Below, one piece after another: positions 34,001 through 42,000 of a DNA stretch of 64,000 nt (the first letter of the stretch is position 1; each line of letters begins with the position of its first letter). Both the position numbers and the translations under genes were made by a program. Source of the stretch: an uncultured Planctomycetaceae bacterium (GTDB lineage Bacteria; Planctomycetota; Planctomycetia; Planctomycetales; Planctomycetaceae). The notes under the pieces are model-generated. The model was not told where the DNA came from, searched no databases, and saw nothing but the letters and a program-made list of their open reading frames with translations. The stretch is taken from assembly GCA_963815195.1 (NCBI GenBank), contig CAWFGE010000013.1, positions 224,001 through 288,000 of the forward strand, written 5' to 3'.

Positions 34001-34500
34001 GCGGGGAATCCGTGGACGATCAGTTCCAGGCGATCGCCCAATTGTTCGCATCGTCCGCGTTTCAAGCCGGCTTCGATTTCGGCACCGCGGACTCCCCGGT
34101 GGCCGACGGCTTCCAGCGGGTCACACCCGATACCCGCTATGCGTCCTCCGTCGGCTACGGTTGGACCTCGGTCTTCTGGACGGGAGCGAAAGATCGCGGC
34201 GGATCGGATCCGCTGACGGAAGACTCGAACGTCAGCCAAGCGGGAACATTCGCCGTGGATCTGCCCAACGGCACTTATGATGTGACGATCACCATCGGCG
34301 ACGCCGTCGGCGTCTCGGACAACCTGAGCGTGTCTTTGGAAGGCAGCGAGGCCGGTCAGATTTCGGCCGCGGCCGGCCAACACGTCTCGGCCACGTATCG
34401 CGTGGAAGTCACGGATGGGCAACTGACGATTGAGCTAACCGATCTGGGAGGAGCCAGCCGGTACTTCTATCTCAACAGTCTGCAAATCCGCAGCGTGTGA
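31060..34500 (+). CDS. Secreted right-handed beta-helix protein with a LEPRxLL-like motif, a choice-of-anchor-Q-like segment, three galactose-binding-like modules and two Ig-like domains; two compensating frameshifts (~31115, ~31358)
   Basis: GGAG RBS + ATG 31060; the alternative frame gives RRRSRRSR...AAEFLENRTLL...YVDVNGDNAGDGSPEHPWQT; Asn-ladder PbH1 repeats; DLHLLAGSQAIDAG...DIGADE; repeats starting FxAGFDFGT. Confidence 0.85.
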   Translation: MFLGKHFFSAFLHRVNRRLSPPFKKNSSKTLPPFPVEFREPRCSRVFRKPYTAYFPGTRRAVCRCERRQCRRRVAGASLANAAIRRGPCGGGGHGHRAPGIYAGFDLRTDGTADQRITFDADPGVIINRQNSKTADGINLEGADYVTVEGFQVVGVPRAGIRSVVNHDVIIRDNVVDQNGVWGIFTAFSDDLLIEDNVASRSVKQHGIYVSNSGDRPVIRRNEVWGNYQNGIHMNGDINSGGDGIITGAVVEQNIIHDNGLGGGSAINCDGVQDSLVRNNVLSNNHGSGIALYRIDGGGGSSGNTIINNTVVQAAVSRWAVTISGGSVNNTLLNNVLYNFGTWKGSFSLAPDSLSGLISDDNLVMDRFSADNENTRITLADWQVQTGQDQHSMIADVGSLFVDPSGGDLHLLAGSQAIDAGTSQSAPAVDFEGDARPQGAGIDIGADEFAGVVVPPPPVSSFAAGFDFGTSDSPVANGYTQVVAGSPYNASAGFGWTSQNWTGADDAGGLDLLTRDAAISQAGTFAVDVPAGGYDVTLTLGDAVGVSDNVSISLEGTAVDSVSALAGEHVSGTYHVDVADGQLTVDLNDLGGQSRYFSLNGIYVISTDAPPADQTGPQVISAAPIKSQPNTLNGFQITFSEAIPDGGLQLGDLTLVGPNGTLQPSGLTRLSESEFQVDFPVQTAVGAYTLTLAPQVTDLAGNLMDQDGDGTGGEPADDQFQTTAEIAAATFEAGFDFGTSDSPVGGGYRQVTAGTAYDASLGYGWTSPYWIGATDRGEADALTRDSNITQTGTFAADLPNGAYDVTVTIGDVVGISDNLSVSWEGQDAGQISAAAGEHASGTYRVEVSDGQLTIDMKDLGGADRYFYLNAIHIQSAGAPPADVTGPRIVSAAPINSQPNTLDGFQITFSEAIPDNGIPLSALTVTGPNGPIQPGGLARISATEFEVDIPAQTAAGLYTLTVSPQVTDVAGNLMDQDGDGTGGESVDDQFQAIAQLFASSAFQAGFDFGTADSPVADGFQRVTPDTRYASSVGYGWTSVFWTGAKDRGGSDPLTEDSNVSQAGTFAVDLPNGTYDVTITIGDAVGVSDNLSVSLEGSEAGQISAAAGQHVSATYRVEVTDGQLTIELTDLGGASRYFYLNSLQIRSV
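32443..34497 (+). repeat. Intragenic ~810-bp tandem domain duplication (2.5 units)
   Basis: Units begin at 32443, 33250 and 34060 (GCCGGCTT[T/C]GA[T/C]TT[T/C]GG); each encodes a binding-like module, and the first two also an Ig-like domain with DQDGDG. Confidence 0.85.
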
Positions 34501-34506
34501 GGAATT

Positions 34507-34580
34507 TCAGCCGGAACGCGCTCGCCTCCGGTTCAGCGATCGCCAGCGAAAATCAAATGAACCGGGGCTAGCGGCCTGCG
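34507..34580. repeat. Inverted REP doublet (family A) between convergent genes
   Basis: TCAGCCGGAACGCGCTCGCCTCCGGTT...AACCGGGGCTAGCGGCCTGCGGC; homologous to 61190-61260. Confidence 0.7.
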
Positions 34581-34597
34581 GCGAATGATTCTTCCGA

Positions 34598-35695
34598 TCA
34601 CGTGGCGGTTTGAAGGTCTTCGAGGTGTGGGTGATGGAAATTCGGTTGGCTCGCGCCCTGCTCGGCTTGATGGATGAAGTCCGCCATCTCACGGGCCGTG
34701 ACGTAGTAATAATGGAAGGGACGCTCCGGGGATTCCGCGGCACGGGCGAGCGATTCGTGGAACCGCCGCATCGGTTCGCCGAGCAGCATGCCCGCGTTCT
34801 TTTCGACGGCCCCGTGCGTGTGCAGCTTGATGAACAACCAATTCGGCTGCCCCACGACGCGCACGCCCGCCCGCATCCAGAACTCCAACCGCTCTGGCGT
34901 CGGCGGTTGGAGGCCGTGGAGATCGCCGTTTTCCAAGCGGGGAAGAAAGCCGTGTTTCCTCCGCGACCAATCCAAGGCCAAGGGCCCCTGCACCATCAAG
35001 AGGGCCTCTTCGGGAGGACGCCGGCCGACTTGGGCGGCGATGCCCCGGTCGTGCGATTTGGGACGGTGCGGATCATCGACCGCATAATAGATGCTGTTGA
35101 TTGTCCGCGTCTGCGTTTCGCTGGGAGCGGAAGGCATCGTGAAGTCGGCGTAACATCCGGTCTCCCGGAGCACCGTCAACTCATTGTTCACGCCGCACCA
35201 GCGACCGTCCGCGCGGGAATTGTCCAACGCCCAGTTGCCGTGGATGAAGCCGTACTCGATCCGGCCTTCCGCATTCGGGCGGAGCAAGCCGTGCTCGTTG
35301 TGCAGCTCGGCTTTGAACCATTCGAGCGTTTCCCGGAGTCCCTCTGCGGTGTCGTTGTCGTGGTGCAGATGGATCTCGACATCGCCGAAACCTTGTTCGC
35401 AGAGTTCCGCGATCTGGGCCACATGTTCGGGGGCGTATTCGTCGGCGGGCCAGAAAAACGAATGTTGCGGAGGCGTGCCGCGGGAGTCCGCGCGATCCGC
35501 CGCCATCTTCGGATAATCTTCCACCCAACGCCGAACCCGCTCCTGTTGTTTCCAGGCGGGAACCTTGCCGTGCATGGGTTCGTAATGGTCGGCGATGCAA
35601 ACAAAGACGTGCGGCGATTCTCCCTGTTTGATCCGATGGCCGTGCGCGAGCAATTTCACCAGCGCGCTCCAATGCAAACCTCGCGGACGGTACAT
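34598..35695 (-). CDS. Conserved hypothetical protein, possible CE4/NodB-like metal-dependent deacetylase
   Basis: ADHYEP, EIHLHH, FIHGNWALDN, IKLHTHG and YVTAREM in NodB-like order; last gene of the GT operon. Confidence 0.6.
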   Translation of the reverse strand: MYRPRGLHWSALVKLLAHGHRIKQGESPHVFVCIADHYEPMHGKVPAWKQQERVRRWVEDYPKMAADRADSRGTPPQHSFFWPADEYAPEHVAQIAELCEQGFGDVEIHLHHDNDTAEGLRETLEWFKAELHNEHGLLRPNAEGRIEYGFIHGNWALDNSRADGRWCGVNNELTVLRETGCYADFTMPSAPSETQTRTINSIYYAVDDPHRPKSHDRGIAAQVGRRPPEEALLMVQGPLALDWSRRKHGFLPRLENGDLHGLQPPTPERLEFWMRAGVRVVGQPNWLFIKLHTHGAVEKNAGMLLGEPMRRFHESLARAAESPERPFHYYYVTAREMADFIHQAEQGASQPNFHHPHLEDLQTAT

Positions 35696-35750
35696 GATGC
35701 TGTGGTTCCCATCGTCTGAAGAGTGTCGGATTCGACGTGACGCCGGTCTC

Positions 35751-36917
35751 TTAACGGGCCGTGCGATGCCAGGTTCCGCGTTGATGCGTCGTCAGCCATC
35801 GCCAAAAGCCCACCAACAGGGCGGCGTTCATCGAGCAGAACAGACTGCTCACGCGAATGAGTCTGAGGGAGGGGTGTTGTCCGCGGGTTCGGCTGCCCAC
35901 GAAGGCCAGCCCATAAAACCCAAGCTGGGCCAATAGCGTCCCTTGATAGAAGCCGTGGTCGAGCAAAGCCCCGTTTGCGAGCAGGATTCCGACGAGAAAG
36001 AACGGAGCGAGCCATCTCAAAACTTTGTGCGAGAAAAAGCAGAACCCCGTCCAGCCGTGCCTTGCCGAAAGCAACCGCCAGAGCAGCGTCAGGCTTTGAT
36101 AGCCGCCGGCCCCAATGCGGGAGCGCCGCCGAAACTCGGCTCCCAGCGTGGGCGGGGTTTCCTCGAAGGCGAGCGCCGCCGGTTCGTAGTCCACGCGGAA
36201 TTCGTGCCGCAATTTCGAGAGCAGCGGGATCACGAAATCATCGATGATGGTGTTATTCGGAATGGGCACGTAAAGTTTTTTCGGCAAGGCATAGATCGCC
36301 CCGTTGGCCCCCAGGAGCGTTCCCACCCGCGATTCGCAGCGTTTGAGGAAGGTTTCGTAGCGCCAATAGAAGCTGTCGACGTTTTGCCCGGTGGCCGGGT
36401 CCGTCAGAATCAGCCGGCCGCACACCGCGCCGACGTTCGGATCGTCGAATCGCCGCACGAGACGCCGAATGGCCTGCGCGTCGTACATCGTGTTGGCATC
36501 GCTGAAGACGACGATGTCGCCCGTGAGCCTGGGGACGGAGGAATTGAGGACCGCCGACTTGCCGCGCCGCTCTGCATAGTCGAACAGAACGACGCCCTGC
36601 GAAGCGTACCGCCTGACAATCGCGTTGGTGCCGTCGTCGCTGCCGTCCGATCCGACGACGATCTCCAAGCGGTCGCGCGGATAATCGAGGGCCAGCGCAT
36701 TTTGCAGGCGTTCTTCGAGGACGTTTTCTTCGTTGTAAGCCGCGATCAATAACGAGACGGCGGGCAGTTCGCCAGACGTCGTTTCCGGAGGCGAAGTCTC
36801 GCGGCCCAACAACCGAGACGCCAGCCAGATCAGCGCGGGATAGAGGATGTAGGTATAAGCCACCAAACCGGAGCAAATCCAGAAGACGAAAGACATCAAA
36901 AGTTCAAACCAGTTCAT
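35751..36917 (-). CDS. Family 2 glycosyltransferase (CESA-like, membrane-bound)
   Basis: IAAYNEE, SDGSDDGT, FSDAN, GANGAIYA, IDDF, RRRSRI; N- and C-terminal TMs. Confidence 0.92.
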   Translation of the reverse strand: MNWFELLMSFVFWICSGLVAYTYILYPALIWLASRLLGRETSPPETTSGELPAVSLLIAAYNEENVLEERLQNALALDYPRDRLEIVVGSDGSDDGTNAIVRRYASQGVVLFDYAERRGKSAVLNSSVPRLTGDIVVFSDANTMYDAQAIRRLVRRFDDPNVGAVCGRLILTDPATGQNVDSFYWRYETFLKRCESRVGTLLGANGAIYALPKKLYVPIPNNTIIDDFVIPLLSKLRHEFRVDYEPAALAFEETPPTLGAEFRRRSRIGAGGYQSLTLLWRLLSARHGWTGFCFFSHKVLRWLAPFFLVGILLANGALLDHGFYQGTLLAQLGFYGLAFVGSRTRGQHPSLRLIRVSSLFCSMNAALLVGFWRWLTTHQRGTWHRTAR

Positions 36918-37941
36918 GAGGGCAAATCCTTTCAGAAGAGGCTCTCGTGCGAGCCGATCGCAGTTCCCCGGCGGCTTGCCGGGAAGTTGACGCGTTTTCG
37001 CAAATCGGGGCCGGCCGGGCGGCGAGCCACATGTAATCGGCCGCCAGTTCGTCGGCGTTCCATGGGGCGAAATCGGTATGCACCGAAAGTTTTCCGCTGC
37101 GAATGGCCTCGCGGGCCCGCTCGTCCATCCGCACGCGCTCGGTCACAATCTGAAAGTCCGCGTCTTCGACAAGCCGGCGGTGCTCGACGCAGCGAAGCCG
37201 GTTGTGATACGCCAGTCCGCTGCCTCCCAGCCAATACCACTGCCGCTTCGAGAACTTCAGAAAATTGGCGCCGGTGATGGAGGAATCCACGGCCACGAAA
37301 TGGTCCTGCGGATTGAAGCGGTGGGCGATGAGTCCGCCGGGTTTGAGAATCCGCCGGCTCTCCCGATGAATCGCCTGGAGAACCTCCGGGGGAATGTGCT
37401 CCAAGACATTCGAGCTGACGATAAAGTCCGCCGTGCCCTCGGCCAGACCGGTTTGGCGCGCATCGCCGGGGCAGCGGTATTCGATATGGAAGCGTTCGAG
37501 CAGCCGATCGAGTTTTAGATCGTTCAACTTTGAATCGTCGGGAATCGCTGGCTCAAACCGCCGGCGGATTTTCTCTTCCGGAAGTTGCAAGCTCGCCGAG
37601 ACTTCGTGCAATCGCGATCCAATCGCCCTGATGGTTTCCCGGACATAGTCCCGGTCGAGCCAGGGGTTCACATCGAACGTTACGATCCGCTCGGCCCCAG
37701 CCAGCCGCAGCAGGATCGGCAGAAACGGACGCCAACCGGTTCCGATCTCCACGCAGACGGCCTTCTCGAGTTGTCCGCCGGCTCCGCGAACGAGATCGAC
37801 GATTTCCACCGAGCGCTTCAGCGACTCGGGAAAGTCGAAGCCGTTCGTGCCGCAGGCCCGTTGCAGTTTGTGATAAACACTTCGCCCGCCGGGAACGCGG
37901 CTGAGCACCGCAGACGCCGAGGCCTTGATGATCCACTTCAT
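36904..37941 (-). CDS. Class I SAM-dependent methyltransferase
   Basis: VEIGTG, DFIVSSNVLEHI, RILKPGG; GGAGG RBS. Confidence 0.88.
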   Translation of the reverse strand: MKWIIKASASAVLSRVPGGRSVYHKLQRACGTNGFDFPESLKRSVEIVDLVRGAGGQLEKAVCVEIGTGWRPFLPILLRLAGAERIVTFDVNPWLDRDYVRETIRAIGSRLHEVSASLQLPEEKIRRRFEPAIPDDSKLNDLKLDRLLERFHIEYRCPGDARQTGLAEGTADFIVSSNVLEHIPPEVLQAIHRESRRILKPGGLIAHRFNPQDHFVAVDSSITGANFLKFSKRQWYWLGGSGLAYHNRLRCVEHRRLVEDADFQIVTERVRMDERAREAIRSGKLSVHTDFAPWNADELAADYMWLAARPAPICENASTSRQAAGELRSARTRASSERICPHELV

Positions 37942-37971
37942 CGATGTCCTCCCCAATGTTTTCTTCCGACT

Positions 37972-39321
37972 TCAGACGGTCTCCAAGAGCTTGGGCCCCG
38001 CCGCGCGAACGGCGGCCTCCAGAACCGCCGCGAGCTCGCCCGCCTGCGCGGGCCGGGCAAAGCGGGACAGATCGTGTTCCAGAATCTGCGTCGTCGGCTT
38101 TCCGGGATGCATGGAAACCTCGCGGGCCAAGGCGTCGGCGATTCCGGAAATGTCCCCCGGATCATGCCGGCTTTTGAGCGGGTACTCTTCGAGCAGATTC
38201 CAAACTTCCCCGCGCGGCGCGATGGCCAGGATCGGCCGGCTCGCGGCCATGTACTCGAAAACCTTGGCAGGCACGACGCGGGCCGAATCGGCGTTGTCGC
38301 TCAAGAGCAGGCACAACCCGTCCGCAGACTGCATGAGCCGCACGGCCGCGGCGTGATCCACATAGCCCGCATCGGTCCATTCGCAGGAGGTTCCCTCGAG
38401 TCGTTCCAAAAGCCGACTTTGGGCCTCGGTGCGACGGCCGGCGAAAACCAGTTCGAGCCGGCTCGCCAACTCCGGCGATTCCCGGTCGAGCCGCTCCACC
38501 GCGCGGACCAACGGCTCCACCGAGGTCAGATTCCACAATGTCCCCACATAGACCAGACGATATTTTCGGCGCGGCTCGGCCGGCCGGGTTTCGGCCGCGC
38601 GAAAATCGCCGGGATCGTATCCGTTGTAAATGCAATCGACCGTCGCCGCCGTTCCCGCTTGATGACACAACGCGCGAATGGCATCGGCACTGGCGAGAGT
38701 GGTGGTCAACACGGAACTCGCCGCCCGCAGGACGCCGGCCTGCATCCGCTGTTGGACTTTGTTCGAGAGGGCAGTGATGTCGCGATTCTCGCGGTGCCGA
38801 TTGCTCAAATCCCATTCATCGCGGTAATCCAGCACGAGCGGAATCCGAAACCGCCGGCTCAGATGCCGGCCGATCAGGAACGACGTAAACGGCGGGGCCG
38901 TCGCCAGGATCGCCTGATGAGGCATCTCCCGCAGCAATGCCGACGCGGCGCGGATCGCCTGCGGAGCCCACAGGATTTGCGGGTCGGGCTGCAAGAAAAA
39001 CAGGGCCGAGCGCTTGGCCCAGCGTTTCATCCAGCGGGTGATGGAAGGCCGGTTGGTTTTCGATTCCGCATCCGCAACGAGCGACTTCACGCGGTAAGCC
39101 GGCTCCCAGGACTTCGCCCGCCGCACGATCAAATCGTCCGGGAGTTCCTCGGAGAGCGTGGGATCCTTTACGGGCACGGAGGGATTTTTTGCGGTCACGA
39201 CCGAAGCCTGCCAGCCGTGCATCGGCAGATACTTGACGAACTTCGCCGCCCGCTGCACGCCCGCGCCGCCGACCGGCGGGAACTCGTAGGAGATGACTAA
39301 AACTCGGTTTGTCGTTTGCAT
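37972..39321 (-). CDS. Family 4 glycosyltransferase
   Basis: ISYEFPPVGGAGVQR, LDYRDEW, YNGYD, PAKVFEYM. Confidence 0.9.
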   Translation of the reverse strand: MQTTNRVLVISYEFPPVGGAGVQRAAKFVKYLPMHGWQASVVTAKNPSVPVKDPTLSEELPDDLIVRRAKSWEPAYRVKSLVADAESKTNRPSITRWMKRWAKRSALFFLQPDPQILWAPQAIRAASALLREMPHQAILATAPPFTSFLIGRHLSRRFRIPLVLDYRDEWDLSNRHRENRDITALSNKVQQRMQAGVLRAASSVLTTTLASADAIRALCHQAGTAATVDCIYNGYDPGDFRAAETRPAEPRRKYRLVYVGTLWNLTSVEPLVRAVERLDRESPELASRLELVFAGRRTEAQSRLLERLEGTSCEWTDAGYVDHAAAVRLMQSADGLCLLLSDNADSARVVPAKVFEYMAASRPILAIAPRGEVWNLLEEYPLKSRHDPGDISGIADALAREVSMHPGKPTTQILEHDLSRFARPAQAGELAAVLEAAVRAAGPKLLETV

Positions 39322-39352
39322 CTTCGGCTCTTGGAATGAAATGCCGGTTGGC

Positions 39353-40585
39353 TCAATGGGAGTGTTGGTGGACACCGCGCGCGGAAATGGTCTCTGGGTT
39401 TGATTCAACAACTCTGGAACGCGGCGGCATGACCTGATGGAAGACCGCGAGCAATGCCTCCGCGGATTCCGACCAGGTGGCGTGAGGTTTTCCTTCGGGG
39501 ACGTCCGGGCGTACTTCCGAAAGCAAACTTGCAATCGCATTGGCCAGAGCGGGCGGATCGTTCGCGGGAACCAGGCGATCCGCGCGGCCGGCGATTTCGG
39601 GAATCCCGCCAACCCGGCTGGCGACAAACGGCACGCCGCACGCCTTGGCTTCCAATAACACGTTGGGCACGCCTTCCGATTGGCTGGGCAGAATCACAAC
39701 ATCGGCCGCGCGGAACCAATCGGCCAACTCGGCATGCGGGCGCACGCCTTCCAGCGTGATGTGCTCTTCAAGCTGCAGTCGCTCGATTTGCGCCGCCAGA
39801 CTTTTACGAAGGGGGCCTTCGCCGAGAATGTGGCAGTGAAAGTTGCGTTCTCGGTTCCGCAGAATCGCGCAGGCGTCCAAGAGGACGGGCACCTGTTTCA
39901 CCGGGACGAGATTGCCCACGAACAACAAGCGGGGCACACTTGCCTCCAATCCCAGCTGCTCTTGCGCTTGGGTTCGGCTGCCGGGACAAAACAGGTCCTG
40001 GTCCACGCCGTTATAGACGACATGCACGCGTTCGGGATCTGCCCCGAGTTCCACGACTTCGTCCGCCAACTGCCGGCTGACGGCCACGATTCTGTCCGCT
40101 TCGCGCAGCGTTTCGATCGTGCCCGGTCGCCGGCCGGGATATTGAGCGAGCGTGTGCACGTCAGACCCCATGACTTTCACCACCACGGGCCGATCGGCCG
40201 CGTGCCCCAATCGCACGGCGGTCCAACCGTCGGGATAAGCCCAGGGCGCATAAATCACATCGGGCTGAAATTGCCGAAGCACCGCATCGAAAACCCGCCG
40301 CACGCTGAGCCGATACCATTGGCCCAGCCCCTTGCGGAACATCGCGGGCAGATAGAGAAACCGCGGATGATTGATCCGAATGGAGTCCCGCCACAACCAG
40401 CGGTTCCTCGGCATCGATCGGCGGCGTTCTTCTCGCCCCGCAGCCCATTCCTGCGTCCAGGCAACCGGGGCGATCACGCGCAACTCGGCCCGCTCGGCCA
40501 GCGCTCGGATCTGCTGACGATTGTGCGCGCAGCTGTGCGGCCGATAGGGCGTCGGATATTGGGTTGTTAGCGCAAGGATTCGCAT
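39353..40585 (-). CDS. Family 4 glycosyltransferase (TuaC-like)
   Basis: WAYPDG, GSDV, LFVGNLVPVK, EGVPNVLLEA. Confidence 0.9.
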   Translation of the reverse strand: MRILALTTQYPTPYRPHSCAHNRQQIRALAERAELRVIAPVAWTQEWAAGREERRRSMPRNRWLWRDSIRINHPRFLYLPAMFRKGLGQWYRLSVRRVFDAVLRQFQPDVIYAPWAYPDGWTAVRLGHAADRPVVVKVMGSDVHTLAQYPGRRPGTIETLREADRIVAVSRQLADEVVELGADPERVHVVYNGVDQDLFCPGSRTQAQEQLGLEASVPRLLFVGNLVPVKQVPVLLDACAILRNRERNFHCHILGEGPLRKSLAAQIERLQLEEHITLEGVRPHAELADWFRAADVVILPSQSEGVPNVLLEAKACGVPFVASRVGGIPEIAGRADRLVPANDPPALANAIASLLSEVRPDVPEGKPHATWSESAEALLAVFHQVMPPRSRVVESNPETISARGVHQHSH

Positions 40586-42000
40586 GGGCTTTCTGGCTTT
40601 TCCTGAGACGGGCGGCAGCGATTCACGACGACTTGCAACTTGCCGGACCGCGTGAGCGGGATGTCCGCGACGACCGAGCATTCCAGCTTGAGGGCATCGC
40701 CCATCTGCCGGCGGATTTGGCGTTCGAGCTTCAATGCTTGCTCAGTGTTCCAGTCGTCGGTGACGACGAGTTTCAACTGCACGGCGTCCGGCCGATCTTG
40801 AACGGCTTGAAACCGCCGGACCGCCGGGAAGTCCTTGATGAGATGCGGGAAAAACTCGCCGGGCAGATGCCGGCCGTCGGGGCTTTGGAGCACATCCAAT
40901 CGGCGTCCGGTGACTTCGCGCAAGAGCGGCAGACCGCGCCCGCAGGAACACGTCTCCCAACCCGCGACGGCGCGGTCTCCGTTGGCGTAACGAATAAACG
41001 GCATGCCGAGGTTGTAAAGATCGGTGACCACCACGTTGCCGACTTCGCCCTTCGGCGCGGGCCGGCCGTCATCGTCCAGGATCTCGAGGAGCAGGTGCTC
41101 GCTCGTGAGATGCAAGCCTTCATGCCGATCGCACTCCGCCGCGATCAGCATGAACTCCCGCGAACCGTAGGTCTCAAACACCGGGGCCGCGAAGACCTCT
41201 TCGATGAGTTCCCGCTGGAACGGATACAGCTTCTCCGCACCGACGATGATCGATCGCGGCGAAACGGGTTCGAGACCCCGGTCCTTCAGCATTCGGGCGA
41301 ACAGATACAAAGGCCCGGTATAAGCCACGGCCACGTCGGCCCGGCAGCGGTTCCAGGCGGCGAAGTAATCGAGAAGCCGCTCTTCGCTGAGGTCGAACGT
41401 ATTCAGGATCCGCCGCCGATACAGAATGCGATCGTAGAGATGCCCTTTGATCCGCTGTGCCGGCGAGCGGTCTCCCAAGGGCACGCCCCACAAGTAAATC
41501 TGATTCGTGCCTGGAAAGGCGCCGGCCCAGTTGTAGCCTCGCTGCGATGCGGCCACGCGGCGGTCATGGCTGTCGAAGCTCAAATCGAACGTCAGAGGCA
41601 CGCCGCTCGATCCGCCCGTTGACTTGGTCAAGAGTTTTTCATCGGGCGGATTGGATTGCATCGCCGCGCGGTGGGTGCGGATCGTCTCGCGGTCGATCAC
41701 CGGCCAGGCTTGGAAGTCGGCGAGCGCCTTCAGATCCCGGCTTTGCAAGCCGGCGGTTTGCCATTGGTTGCGGTAAAACTCGCAATGCCGCTCGGCGTGC
41801 TTTAACAGATTCTGAAGCGCTGCCGTTTGACGTTCGGCGAGTTCCGCTTCGGATTCCCACTGGCTCTGTTCCAGATCGTTCAGGTAGCGGAAGGTCGCGC
41901 GGCGTTTGATGTGGCTTTCGAAGCCGCGAATCAAACCGCCGCGGATTCGCGTGGTCCAATGATGGGAACCGTTGTGGCGGGAAGGCGTTCGCTCAAGCAT
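40567..42000 (-). CDS. Phenylacetate-CoA-ligase/CapK-like adenylate-forming enzyme
   Basis: STGGSSG P-loop, YGSRE, TDLYN..MPFIRY..GD, TRSGK. Confidence 0.88.
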   Translation of the reverse strand: MLERTPSRHNGSHHWTTRIRGGLIRGFESHIKRRATFRYLNDLEQSQWESEAELAERQTAALQNLLKHAERHCEFYRNQWQTAGLQSRDLKALADFQAWPVIDRETIRTHRAAMQSNPPDEKLLTKSTGGSSGVPLTFDLSFDSHDRRVAASQRGYNWAGAFPGTNQIYLWGVPLGDRSPAQRIKGHLYDRILYRRRILNTFDLSEERLLDYFAAWNRCRADVAVAYTGPLYLFARMLKDRGLEPVSPRSIIVGAEKLYPFQRELIEEVFAAPVFETYGSREFMLIAAECDRHEGLHLTSEHLLLEILDDDGRPAPKGEVGNVVVTDLYNLGMPFIRYANGDRAVAGWETCSCGRGLPLLREVTGRRLDVLQSPDGRHLPGEFFPHLIKDFPAVRRFQAVQDRPDAVQLKLVVTDDWNTEQALKLERQIRRQMGDALKLECSVVADIPLTRSGKLQVVVNRCRPSQEKPESPCESLR

